A stretch of DNA of 64,000 nucleotides from Adineta vaga (GCA_021613535.1 CP075494.1:13206001-13270000), one strand, 5' to 3'; positions 52,040 to 64,000 are shown, counted from the first letter of the stretch. Notes: generated from the sequence alone by a model not told the origin. A program made the numbers and translations.

Positions 52040-53705
52040 ATGGAAATTGATACTAATATTCCAAATTCTCCAAAACCTGGTGACACTTTTTATGTTCGAA
52101 TGAATAGTGGAGTTATTCGTAAGTGTCTATGATTATTCAATCATTCGTCATTAAAATGGAATGCTTCTTTCCTAGATGCAGCTGAGATTCTCGAAACTCG
52201 AACTGTTGACGGTTCTGATCAACAAGAATATTTTGTACATTACCTTAATTGTATGTGGAAATTTTCTAATTTCTTTTTATTTATTTGTATTTGTATTTTG
52301 CAGTCGATCATAGAAATGATCAATGGATATCTGAAAATCGATTGTCAGGTAGTGCTAGTAGTGATCAAATAGAAATGACCAGTGAACAATTGAATGATTC
52401 AACAAATAGTTTAACTGGTAGAAAGCGTGCACGACTAAAACGTCGTTTAAATGATGTATGTTTCTATTAGTTGATTGATGATTATATATTAGTTTTTATC
52501 TGTAGGATTCAACAGATTTTTCACATGATCCATCGTTTGAAATGGTAGATCAAAATGCTCGAAAAGATTACAAACCTAATGTAAGAGAATCTCTTTTCTC
52601 ATAATAGAAACTAATTCTGTTATTTTCAGGTAAAATATATTGAGAAGATCTGGCTTGGTCAACATGAAATTGATTGTTGGTATCATTCACCATTTCCCGA
52701 TGAATATGAAAAACAACGTTTACTCTATATTTGTGAACATTGTATGAAATATATGCGTTTGAAAAGTACATTTTGTCGTCATCTAGTAAGATTTGATAGT
52801 AATTTCAATGCATTATCTGACTTTTCTCTACATAGGCAGAATGTCCACTACGAAAACCACCTGGTACAGAAATATATCGAGATCCAAAGATTGGTTGTGC
52901 TATCTATGAAGTCGATGGTGCTCAACATAAATTATATTGTCAAAATTTATGTTTATTAGCTCGTCTATTTCTGGAATCGAAAGTGATCTGTTTTAATGTA
53001 TCAGAATTCTTGTTTTATGTTCTCATGGAATATGATGATACAAATCAGAAAGAACGTTTTATTGGATATTTCTCCAAAGTACGAGATCTTTTCTTTGAAA
53101 AATGATAGATTTTTGTTTTGTAATAGGAAAAAGATTCCGCATTTGGATATAATTTATCTTGTCTATTATGTTTACCACCGTATCAAAGGAAAGGATATGG
53201 AAAATTATTGATTCAATTCAGTAAGTGTCATGCAGTTGTGGAAAAAAAGAAGACTGAAAAGTATGCGATTGTTCTTTTAGGTTATGAATTGTCCAAAATA
53301 GAAAATGCAGTGGGTGGTCCAGAAAAACCGGTGAGTGATTTAGGCCATAAGGCCTATCTTAGTTATTGGACATGGGCATTATTGAGTGTACTAAAAGAAA
53401 AACCAGAAATTGAAGTTGATGAATTGAGGTAAATTATTTTAAAAACTATTTTTGTTAATTGTAAGACTTCTTCTAGTGCAATGACAAGTATTAGTACAGA
53501 AAATTGTTTGGAAACTTTGAGTTCATATGGTTTTATTAAATATTGGCGACAAGGTCATTTTGTTTGTGCCTCAAGAAAAGGGATTGATGCTCGTCTTCAA
53601 GAATTACATGCAAAAAAATTTCTCGTGGTCAATTCACAGTTAATTAATTGGCAACCGAGAGTGAAAGGAAAAGCTGGAAAACATAATAAAATGTTTTCTT
53701 TCTAA
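52040..53705 (+). CDS. KAT8: MYST-family histone acetyltransferase, KAT8/MOF-like (multi-exon)
   Basis: Chromo-barrel AEILE...YFVHY...[19 protein letters not shown]2HC CEHC...[11 protein letters not shown], acetyl-CoA motif PPYQRKGYG, catalytic [10 protein letters not shown]. Confidence 0.85.
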
Positions 53706-54242
53706 GATACATCTATGTGGATGTTTGTTTTTCTCATTTGTTTTATTGCATATAAGTGTGTATGTATGTGTGTTTTGTGTATAGAAAATAAAATTTGCTT
53801 TTCAGCAAGACATATCTCGTATCTTTCATAGCAATGTGAATATCTTCAGAGATTTTCGGTAGATTAATTCGTTACTTACGCTTACGCGAAACAAAATGTG
53901 TAGGATACAGACATTTCTCTCTGCAAACTCCGTACTATGTGATTTAGTCGTCAATTTTTTCAAATCAGTGGATGACCGATACATAATTTAATCAGAAATA
54001 TTTGTTGATAAAAGCAAAGAAGATTATAAAAAAACTGTGTTAGTTTTTTTTTGACAAAGTTGAAAAACAAGAATAGGTTACAAAAATATCATCAACGTAG
54101 ATTATGAGTCAGACAGAAAATATGTTTTGTCTATCTGCTATGAAAATGGTTGAAAAACAGTGAAGTTATTCTAATAATTCCACAGCACTGTACAGAATAT
54201 GTTTTATATTCCTAAGTAGCGCAGAGAGCACTGAGAAGGTCT

Positions 54243-57200
54243 TTAAGAAGTGTTACGAAACACATTTGCAAGTTGTTCAGTACTTTTGGTGTCAAAAGAA
54301 TTATCATCCATTTTCTGAGTAAAATAGTCCAGCAGGATTTGGCAAAGTCGTGCATTTGTGAAAGACATTTTGATAGATTCTCCTGGCCGATATACTATGA
54401 TATTGCTTTCGTCAACAGAAAAACCATATTGGTGAATAATGAAAATCTTTTTGATGATGGGAAGCCAAAACAGAATTTCTGTATTAAAAAACGTCTCTAT
54501 CAATTGTTCTGGAGACCACTTCCTTAAAGATTCTGATTTCGGTTTCTCTGTGTATACCGATAATTTCCAGACCGTATGAGACTTCAGATTTGATAAACCT
54601 GTTGGAGAAGCTAGGAGAGTACTGATTGTTTCAGACACCGTAAATTCAACATCAGGGTCATCACAGTACACATCTAACAACGTATCAAGAACTTCATTAA
54701 TTGAAGGAACCGCATTCATACGACTCAGAATTTTGCAGACATTCAATTTTATATCCCTAATAGGATCTTTCAGTAACATGACGAGTGTAACAATTACTGC
54801 AGTCGTTGCCGCCTCAATATTAGCTTCTTTTAATACTCGACATGCATTCAACCTGATATGACCATTTGAGCTTTTTAATGCATTATTCAGTAAATCGATA
54901 ATTTCAGTCATTGCTGTTCGGTCCGTTTTGCGATTGACAACATAACGCACACTCCACTCAATACGCTCCTCTGTATCTTCTTGTGTACAAAGCGCTTTTT
55001 TGAATACTTCAGTGGTTATCCGGTCTTTGTCTATGGATCTCAGAGCTTTAATTGCTTCTCGACTGACGTCTGACGATCGGTCGTTGAGTAGAGCAAAAAA
55101 CGCAGCAACCACGTTAGGTGTTATAAACTGTTTATCTACGGATCGAAGAGCTTCAATTGCTTCACATCTGACGGTTGACGATGGATCACTGAGCCCAGCA
55201 ACGAATGCACCAACGATGTCACCTGTTATGAACTGTTTATCTATGGATCGAAGAGCTTTAATTGCTTCTCGTCTGACGTCTGACGATGGATCACTGAGCC
55301 CAGCAACGAATGCCGCAACAATGTCAGCTGTTATGAACTGTTTATCTATGGATCGAAGAGCTTCAATTGCTTCACATCTGACGGTTGACGATGGATCACT
55401 GAGCCCAGCAACGAATGCACCAACGATGTCACCTGTTATGAACTGTTTATCTATGGATCGAAGAGCTTTAATTGCTTCTCGTCTGACGTCTGACGATGGA
55501 TCACTGAGCCCAGCAACGAATGCCGCAACAATGTCAGCTGTTATGAACTGTTTATCTATGGATCGAAGAGCTTCAATTGCTTCACATCTGACGGTTGACG
55601 ATGGATCACTGAGCCCAGCAACGAATGCACCAACGATGTCACCTGTTATGAACTGTTTATCTATGAATAGAAGAGCATTAATTGCTTCACATCTGACGTC
55701 TGACGATGGATCACTGAGCCCAGCAACGAATGCACCAACAATATCAGCTGTTATGAACTGTTTATCTACGGATCGAAGAGCTTTAATTGCTTCTCGTCTG
55801 ACGTCTGACGATGGGTCGTTGAGTAGAGCAAAAAACGCAGCAACCACGTTAGGTGTTATGAACTGTTTATCTACGGATCGAAGAGCTTCAATTGCTTCAC
55901 ATCTGACGGTTGACGATGGATCACTGAGCCCAGCAACGAATGCAGCAACGATATCAGCTGTTATGAACTGTTTATCTATGAATAGAAGAGCATTAATTGC
56001 TTCACATCTGACGTCTGACGATGGATCACTGAGCCCAGCAACGAATGCACCAACAATATCAGCTGTTATGAACTGTTTATCTACGGATCGAAGAGCTTTA
56101 ATTGCTTCTCGTCTGACGTCTGACGATGGGTCGTTGAGTAGAGCAAAAAACGCAGCAACCACGTTAGGTGTTATGAACTGTTTATCTGCGGATCGAAGAG
56201 CTTCAATTGCTCCACATCTGACGGTTGACGATGGATCACTGAGCCCAGCAACGAATGCACCAACGATATCAGCTGTTATGAACTGTTCATCTATGGATCG
56301 AAGAGCTTTAATTGCTTCTCGTCTGGCGTCTGACGATGGATCACTGAGCCCAGCAACGAATGCACCAACGATATCAGCTGTTATGAACTGTTCATCTATG
56401 GATCGAAGAGCTTTAATTGCTTCTCGTCTGGCGTCTGACGATGGATCACTGAGCCCAGCAACGAATGCACCAACGATATCAGCTGTTATGAACTGTTCAT
56501 CTATGAATCGAAGAGCTTTAATTGCTTCTCGTCTGGCGTCTGACGATGGATCACTGAGCCCAGCAACGAATGCACCAACGATATCAGCTGTTATGAACTG
56601 TTCATCTATGGATCGAAGAGCTTTAATTGCTTCTCGTCTGGCGTCTGACGATGGATCACTGAGCCCAGCAACGAATGCACCAACGATATCAGCTGTTATG
56701 AACTGTTCATCTATGAATCGAAGAGCTTTAATTGCTTCTCGTCTGGCGTCTGACGATGGATCACTGAGCCCAGCAACGAATGCACCAACGATATCAGCTG
56801 TTATGAACTGTTCATCTATGGATCGAAGAGCTTTAATTGCTTCTCGTCTGACGTCTGACGATGGATCACTGAGCCCAGCAACGAATGCAGCAACGATGCC
56901 AGCTGTTATGAACTGTTTATCTATGGATCTAAGAGCTTTAATTGCTTCACATCTGACGGTTGACGATGGGTCGTTGAGTAGAGCTGAAAACGCGGCAACT
57001 ACGTCAGCGTTTATGAACTGTTGATCTATGGATCGAAGAGCTTCAATTGCTTTACACTTGACGTCTGCCGATGGATCTCGAAGTGCTTCGATCAGTCCAC
57101 TGATTACTACAGCAGTTATTGAGTGTTTGTCTATATCTATAAGAATAAGAGATACCCTGATTCTAACATCAGCATATGGAGCTTCTAAGAATTGATTCAA

Positions 57201-60200
57201 AATATCGATGGTTTCTTTTGTTAGTTGGGATTTTGATGCTTTTAGCAGAGTCTCGCATGCCATTTGTCTTATAAGGCTGTTTTTATGCTGCATTGGTACA
57301 CTTAGTACTTGAAATATTTTGTTGTCTGGTATTTTTGTGCTAATCTCTTGAAGGCTTGCACAGGCTTTTTCACAAATAAGTTCATCTAAACTTGCAAGTC
57401 CTCTCATTACTGCATTAATCACGACACTATTCACAGTTTTTCCGCATATTTGTGCAAGAGCCCTGTATGCACTTACTCTAACAGTAGCATTCTCATCCCC
57501 AAGCACATTAACAAGTTCATTGATTATTTCATCGGTCCTTGATTTCTGTCCCATTTTAGACACCGTCTCGCATGCAATATACTTCACAAAAGTTGTACCA
57601 TTTCTAAGTATGTTGGTCAGCTTACTAATTACTTCATCCTTCGCTGCTCTCTCTCTCAATTTTCCTATACTTTGACAGGCACTACAGACGACCATATCAT
57701 TCTTATCATCAAGTGCAGTTGTTAAATTATTGATCACGTCGCATGTTTCGACTTTCTCACCGATTTCGCCAAGAGCTCGACAAGCCGCACTTTGTACAAA
57801 AATATTTGTGTCTTTAACAGCAATTGCAAGACGAGAGATTATTTCTTCGGTTGCTGTTATTTGTCCCATAACACCGAGAGTGGAACACACAATACGTCGA
57901 ATCTCGTCGATTGGATCATCAAGTGCATGAAGAAGTTTGTTAACTACTTCGGCGTCTGACACGTTTTTAGCTAGCTTTTCGAGAGCTTGAAATGCGTTAG
58001 TTCTTATCAAATCATCTTTATGGTCCATGATAGATAGAACTGCATGTAGAAGTTCATTGGAAACAGTTGGAATATCCATCTGACTAAGTGCTTTACTGGC
58101 TCCGCGTTTTCTATCAAGATCTACATCATTAAGTAGATTAAGTAGCTTACGAACCACTTCATCGATGACTGTGTTCCGAATCAATATTCCAAAAAGCTTG
58201 CATGCGTCGTGACTGACCGTATCGTCAATACTTCCTATATATACTATCAATGCATTAATCATCGTATCAATACTCACTTTCTCACTTATGTTGAGAAGAG
58301 TTCGCAATGTATAGTGTCTTAAAATGAAAAGAGACTTCGCATCGGTCAACACAAACACTAGAGTGTCAATTAAATCATTAGTTATGAATTTTCCGTGGAT
58401 ATTTTCGAAAAATCCACATGCACCCTCTTTGACGGCCTCATTGCTGTTTTTCAATGCTCCTATTTGTGCGTTAATCAAGTCAAATGATGGATATGTAATT
58501 GGTAAACCAGATAATAAACGAGATGTCCTTTCCTTTATCATTGGATCTGACGATTCAATCAGTTTTGTGAATGCATCGAGCAAGTCGGATTGATTTACTA
58601 ATGACGGACTTCTTCTAAGTAAAGGTGCTAACGGATGTTCCGGATGATGATGTTCTTTGCGTATATAATAATCGATCCATTTTATTATCAACTTCACCGA
58701 TTCACGATACCAGGGAAAGCTACTAACACATTCAACCTCTTCAAAGCATGTGATAAGAAGTTGTGCATGTCTGTAACCGATAACATCCAATGGCTTTCCT
58801 AGTAACGTATCCCAAAACATTTTTGTCAATTGTTCATTGTTGCTATCTGTAACAAGGCCACATGCGAAATTGAGCACTAGTTCAAAACGTTGATTGTATT
58901 TGTGGTCTTTTATGAAATCTGTCGCTTTTTTCTGAGTGCATTCAGTACCACAGAGAGCTCTCAACAAGTATCGTGCTGCAAAATGTTCTTGAAAACTGAG
59001 ATGAACGAAGTAATGAGTTTTGTCTGTTTCGATGCGAGTTCCAATCGCTTTATAGTCCAAAGATTTTAATATTCCGATATTCAACGAACCCAATCCATCT
59101 TGTGAAGAGTAACCAGACTCTTTTATCGCAGCTCGTAGTACTTTTGGACGAATGACAATGTCACCACTCTGTATGCCAGAAAAGGCTAAACTCTCGAGGA
59201 ATACTAATTCTTTATTACAGAAATTACAAACATCTTCTTTTGTCATTTGACTTGAGCATTTATTTAGCTTTTCTAAATATCTTCGACACACCCATTCTGT
59301 CATCTTATCATACACAGCTGTCATTGTCAAACTTGTAGTTTCTGACCAATCAGTATCACACCAAAGACTACACATTAGTTCTAGAATTACTGGTATATGT
59401 GAAATACCCCACATTCGTGGATTTAGTTGCAAAAATCTCTGCAAATTTTCGACTTTCAACTGTGCATTATCTAATTGATCGTTGATTTGATTGAAAAATT
59501 GATTTGTATATTCCTTGATATTATTATCTGTGAAGCCGACAATTTCGAGTTGAGTATTATATGTTAGGTTGATTAAAAATGGTCGAGATGTCAAAACATG
59601 ATGTTGTTTTGTGCATATATGATCAAATACATCTTTCAGTTGCTCAGGAATATTTTGCACAAATTCATCATACCCATCTAAGATCCATAACACTTGTTCT
59701 TTGTCATAGTATTCTTTAAACTCGTCACGAAGTTTTTCTGATAATGGATCACACGGAAAGTACTCTCTTTCAACAAGATCGATTGGCAAGTAGCTGCGAT
59801 TCGAAGGATAACGATTTGATGTTAATGAACGTAATCGAATAAAAACAAGTAACTGATACTGTTGCCGAAGTTTACCAGTTGCCCATTGATAAGCAACATA
59901 TCGACAAAATGTAGTTTTTCCTATTCCAGCACGTCCAAGCACAAGTATCCTTTTCGTTTCTTCTGTACATCGTGCAAAAACGTCTTTGACCTCAATCGTA
60001 TTCTTCATACTATAGATTTCTTCAAAAATGTTAATTATTTCACCATTATATTTCATATCCAAGAGTTTCTTTTCTTTTTTCTGTTGTTCCTTTGTTTCCA
60101 CGATAGTCAAGTTGATATATGCGTCTCCGATTGGAAATGATTTGGACGGATTCATAATAAGTTCAATACGATTGTTTTGTAGATATTTTTGATTGAGTTG

Positions 60201-60237
60201 TAGACACAAACCACTTGATTCTGATTTCGGAACAATG
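54243..60237 (-). CDS. NACHT NTPase + HEAT-repeat NLR-like protein (single ~6-kb exon; probably exon 2 of an ART-NACHT-HEAT gene)
   Basis: Walker A GRAGIGKTT, Walker B ILDGYDE, sensor LTSRP, EIVGF, HIPVILEL, WHD YFVHLSFQEHFAA, then many HEAT units (L.D....VR..A..AL). No ATG at the ORF start; a polypyrimidine/TAG acceptor ends at 60238. Confidence 0.92.
54978..57077 (-). repeat. Coding tandem array: 20 x 105-bp (35-aa) near-identical HEAT repeats
   Basis: TCACTGAGCCCAGCAACGAA recurs at 105-bp spacing (e.g. 56341, 56446). Consensus DPSSDVRREAIKALRSIDKQFITADIVGAFVAGLS. Confidence 0.97.
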
Positions 60238-61093
60238 CTAAAGAATAGTAGAAATAACAGAAAAGAAAGTTTATTATAAAACAGCTACAGACTATCAATG
60301 TAACATCTGACAGACTGAAAAAACGTCCAAAACAAAGAATACATGAGTCTCACCTCTTTGGATAATGCCCATTTAGTCAAAATTTTCTGAAAAAAGGGCG
60401 ACTGTTTAAAAGTATGTATAGATTTTTGTTAGAATTCTTTTCAACATTATATTTCCTCATTTTATCTTTGGTTTTTACTCTCAATACGGAAACTGAACTA
60501 AATCTGTTCATCTGTCGAATACTGGATATCCATTCTGACTGTCATAATGCTCAAGTTGTACTTAAATCCGCAGTTTATTAACATTTGATTTTGATTCTGA
60601 AACGTAATTCATTGTTTTCTCTTTTGCATTAAAATAAAATAATAGAACAGAGCTTACGAACTTTGTGACAGTGAAATACCCATTTATTAGCTGATAAATT
60701 AATGATAGTTGAGAGCCTACTGGAAAAGCATTCTGATCACTCATGTAAGCTTCGCTTTAATCAACGGATTTTATTCCAGAAAAAACCTTCCTGGAAAAAT
60801 CGATCTACAACACAGATTCTCTATTCTCTTCTGAAACGTTACGAATTATATAGGTTGATTTCATATTCATGCAGCTGATCTCTTTTCTCTAAATTATCAG
60901 TTAAATCAATGAAATTTTCAACAGATTCTTTAGTTTTATGCTTACGTAGGACTATGATTGGTAGGCTATCGTAAAAATACTATCGAACAAAATATAATTG
61001 TTTGAAAAACTTTAAATTTAAAAACTCGAGTACTGTACACTTTACGACTGTCATTCTCTTGGCAAAATGTAGCGAAATCTGATATAGACTTAC

Positions 61094-61755
61094 CGTTGGA
61101 GATCTACTTCTTCCAAATAAAGAATGAAATGCAGATTATTGATGTCAAGAGTGTCGTATTTGCGACGGACACGAGTTCCAGGCATCAGAATAACCTCTTT
61201 CTCGTCAGGAACTGCTGAATATGTAGATATATCTTTTCCATGACATACATCAATTACGAATAGAGTGCCTTCATCGCCTAAAAATGGCTTAACACTACTA
61301 GGATTCATGGAACATGAAGTCAAACACCACCAAACCAGTTCATTATTTTCAACGAATTTCGAGGTACAATCATAATTCACTCCTCGCCAAACAGTAGCTT
61401 TAACGGACGGTAGTTTTTCCAAAGCACTTGTAAGTAGCCTTAAATAGGGCAGCCATGATTTTCGCTCATTTCGGTTACCAGTTCGAAGCGATTTATTAAG
61501 AGAAGAAGCTATCGGAGATGACATTGTGTAAAGATATATTGCCGCCGATTCATCTCGCGTTAGAAAATTTGAATTTTTATTGCAGTGCTCCATTGCAACA
61601 GAAACGTATTTAGTGAGATCAGGATCGGATGATTTTAGAAACAGCAATGCACCGTCCAAACCAAGAACTGGCTGATCTCGATAACTGTTGAATAGACCAA
61701 GGGTAACCTCTTGAGGTTCTAAGAAAATATTATTTATGAAACGATCGCGAGTCAT
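61094..61755 (-). CDS. R-S-E-clade (ARTC-type) mono-ADP-ribosyltransferase domain; probable first coding exon of the NACHT-HEAT gene
   Basis: LTRDESAAIYLYT, VWRG (R), TSCS (S), DEKEVIL (ExE). The ORF's stop lies inside a canonical donor CG|GTAAGT at 61094/61093. Confidence 0.88.
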
Positions 61756-62297
61756 GAGTATTCCTTAATGTTGTTGTGTAACTTGGAATACGTTCAGATA
61801 ACTGCACTAATTTCTATAACAAATGAACAATCGATAATATAGTCACGCTCGTAGATGCTAATATAGATCAATCTTACAACGACATCCGTATATATACATA
61901 AAATTCTTATTATTTACTCAAATAGTCCGTTCAAATATCTAAGAATTACTGTTTCTACAATTGAAAACAATAAATGCCTATCAAGGATGATGATCATATT
62001 TCCTAACCGGCATTGATTCTAATCAAATGATTGATTCAATTTAGTTGATTACGTCGAAGTAATGCTAATCAATTAAAAATTACCAAACAATATTGATTAA
62101 CAAAACTTGGATATTTATATTGAATCGAGTGCTGATAGTAGAAATACGTGCTTCCACCACTTCCACACTCTCACACACGTAATTCTACCCCTGTCATTAT
62201 TGAATCTCACACCCTCTGACATAATCTATAGCTAAACCAAGTTCATTTTTTCGTCTTCGATTAACAAAAGTGAAAAGCTACTGACTTAGCCTATATA

Positions 62298-63446
62298 CCC
62301 CTTCGAGTCCCAGTGGGACATATATGTCCCACCTAACCAAAACAAAAGATTCTCATGGAATTTGAAATATTTTTGAGGTTTTTTTAGCCTGAAAGTGGTA
62401 TTTGTGTTTAAGTGCGCTAATATTCAGATGAATAGACTGTATCAAAAAGTCTACCATGGTATGCTCATTCGATTTGAGACACTGTCCTCAACAGTTCAAA
62501 TTTCGAAAATCTTATATTTCGACTAATTAAGTTATAGTAACAGGATTTACTAAAAATACGCAGTCGTCGAGTGACCCCTATATACTTTCGAGTAAATGAA
62601 GATGATTGATTTGATGATCCCCCACTGCAATAAGCGTAGTCGCCTAGTATTCGAACAATTTGAACGTCCTTGAAAAAACAGTTGACTGCGTATAGTATGA
62701 TGGATTCGAATTCTGATTCCGATGAAACTCGATCTGACGAAAGTAGAAGTTCGACTACTTCTGATGAACTAGATACTAGTGATATAAACATATCGATGTT
62801 AAATCACAGTTTTCTGTTGTAACACAGGGTTTGCAATGGAAATCTATAACAAAGTGTACATGTACATTTTGTTTTTATCAATAAAGTGTAAAAATAAACT
62901 TTGGTTCCAACAACAAAGTGTACAAAATAAATCAATTTTTTTTTCATCTAAAAAAACAAATAAAGTTCCTATAGCTTTGGTTGATTTTGATTCATCAATC
63001 AAAGATCTAAAATATAAATCAGAAAAATATTTCTCTTTACATCATTAAAAAGATAAGAGATTTACGTGAACTAGAAAACTACAGCGAGAATTAATGAATT
63101 CGATAAGGAGAAAGATGATGATAGAAGCAAAACTCGAGCTGTATAAAACCAATAATAAAATCATTCGAAAGAGGTCACAATCTAATAGTATATACAGATA
63201 ATTTTAATTTTATATAACATTTTCAAAAATATCATAATAAACCAAAGTGTAAAATTCTTTTTCAAAATGTACTGTGCACACTCCGGTTTTTTTAGCAAAG
63301 TGTAAAGTAGCGTGTACACTTGCCATTGCAAACATTGCTTCAAGTTGTAACATGGTCCGACATCTCGTAATACCATCTAAATGCTTAATATGATGTTTTA
63401 CTGAACTTATATTCAGTAAAAAGAATTTGGGACTCAAAAGGATACA
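62298..63446. mobile_element. Possible non-autonomous / decayed piggyBac-like DNA transposon
   Basis: Left end TATA|CCCCTTCGAGTCCCA plus a 20-bp perfect palindrome (62313-62332). Short acidic Ser-rich reading MMDSNSDSDETRSDES at ~62698. Degenerate inverted copy of the left end at 63428-63446 (15/19 match). Confidence 0.35.
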
Positions 63447-64000
63447 AAAGGGTTCATTTCGCCATTGTAAAAGAGGTGGAGAATGTTATTCTTTCTGAAA
63501 CAAAAAGGATCTGTTCTCACATTGTAGAATCCTAGTTAGAGGAATAAAAGGAGAATCTATCTAACTATAGGACGCTTTTATTAATTTCAAAACAGTTGCG
63601 AAAGTTTCTCAACGTCTTCTATTCTAAGGCTGTTGTTGTCTTTCCCAAACATTTTCAATAATACATTTTCGTTTTTGACGAGACGTTTTGCATTTGCTAG
63701 AAAAATAATTCAAGTTTTCACGACAACATTGCGTTGTAGAGTTATGCCAAGTATACAAATTTATACAAAACATTTGCTCTGTCCGCTATTCATGAAAAGT
63801 TATCAGAAAAAAACTACTCACCCCACCATATCCATGAAAATGCTCGTTAGCAATTAAAGATAGATTATTAGTCGCACGACTTACGTTTTACTGTTTTCTT
63901 CATACGAAAAGAATTCTGCTTCGAATCCTTTCATGACACTATTTCTCCAAACAATATTTGTTTTACTAATGAAAAATGTGACACAAACTGCTCTGTGCGT

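Noticed and set aside
15118-53705. Functional DNA-repair cluster (SMC6, BRCT fusion, KAT8, FBXO22)
   Set aside because: The genes are spread over ~38 kb among unrelated genes, and co-location is compatible with chance.
55000-57024. 674-aa plus-strand repetitive ORF
   Set aside because: Antisense shadow of the HEAT array. One stop-free 105-bp unit repeated in tandem gives a long ORF automatically, and it begins and ends with the array.
54978-57077. CRISPR-like or TAL-effector-like array
   Set aside because: No unique spacers and no cas genes. Units are contiguous in-frame HEAT repeats without the TALE LTPxQVVAIAS/RVD pattern.
60354-60386. 33-nt AG/GT-bounded candidate exon inside the ART-NACHT intron
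   Set aside because: Open only in phase 0 and gives a stop in the phase 2 required by the flanking exons. It could be used only with further unidentified exons.

Overview
AT-rich eukaryotic DNA with many ~50-60 nt GT-AG introns. Gene content and style most resemble a bdelloid rotifer (Adineta/Rotaria-like); this is inference, not a database result. In order, the window holds: a Mn-CDF transporter, two identical tRNA-Glu(TTC), a LITAF-domain gene, USP40, GCSH, ANKZF1/Vms1, an intronless glycosyltransferase-like ORF, SMC6, an unknown basic protein, three tandem intronless DUF2807/GIN-like surface-protein genes (HGT candidates), a large AKAP2/MISP-like gene, a 4-TM ORF, CCDC93, a vrille/NFIL3-like bZIP with a degenerate basic region, an isolated Hox2/proboscipedia gene, FBXO22-like, Hakai/CBLL1, a TALE-homeodomain + BRCA1-type BRCT fusion gene, an F-box/LRR gene, and a KAT8/MOF-like acetyltransferase. 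The window ends with an NLR-like locus followed by a probable DNA-transposon relic. The two strongest leads are: (1) an ADP-ribosyltransferase exon that splices in frame to a NACHT + HEAT exon carrying 20 near-identical 105-bp repeats that vary mostly at predicted binding-surface positions; and (2) the homeodomain-BRCT fusion. Exon boundaries were read by hand. Family calls rest on remembered motifs, not searches.
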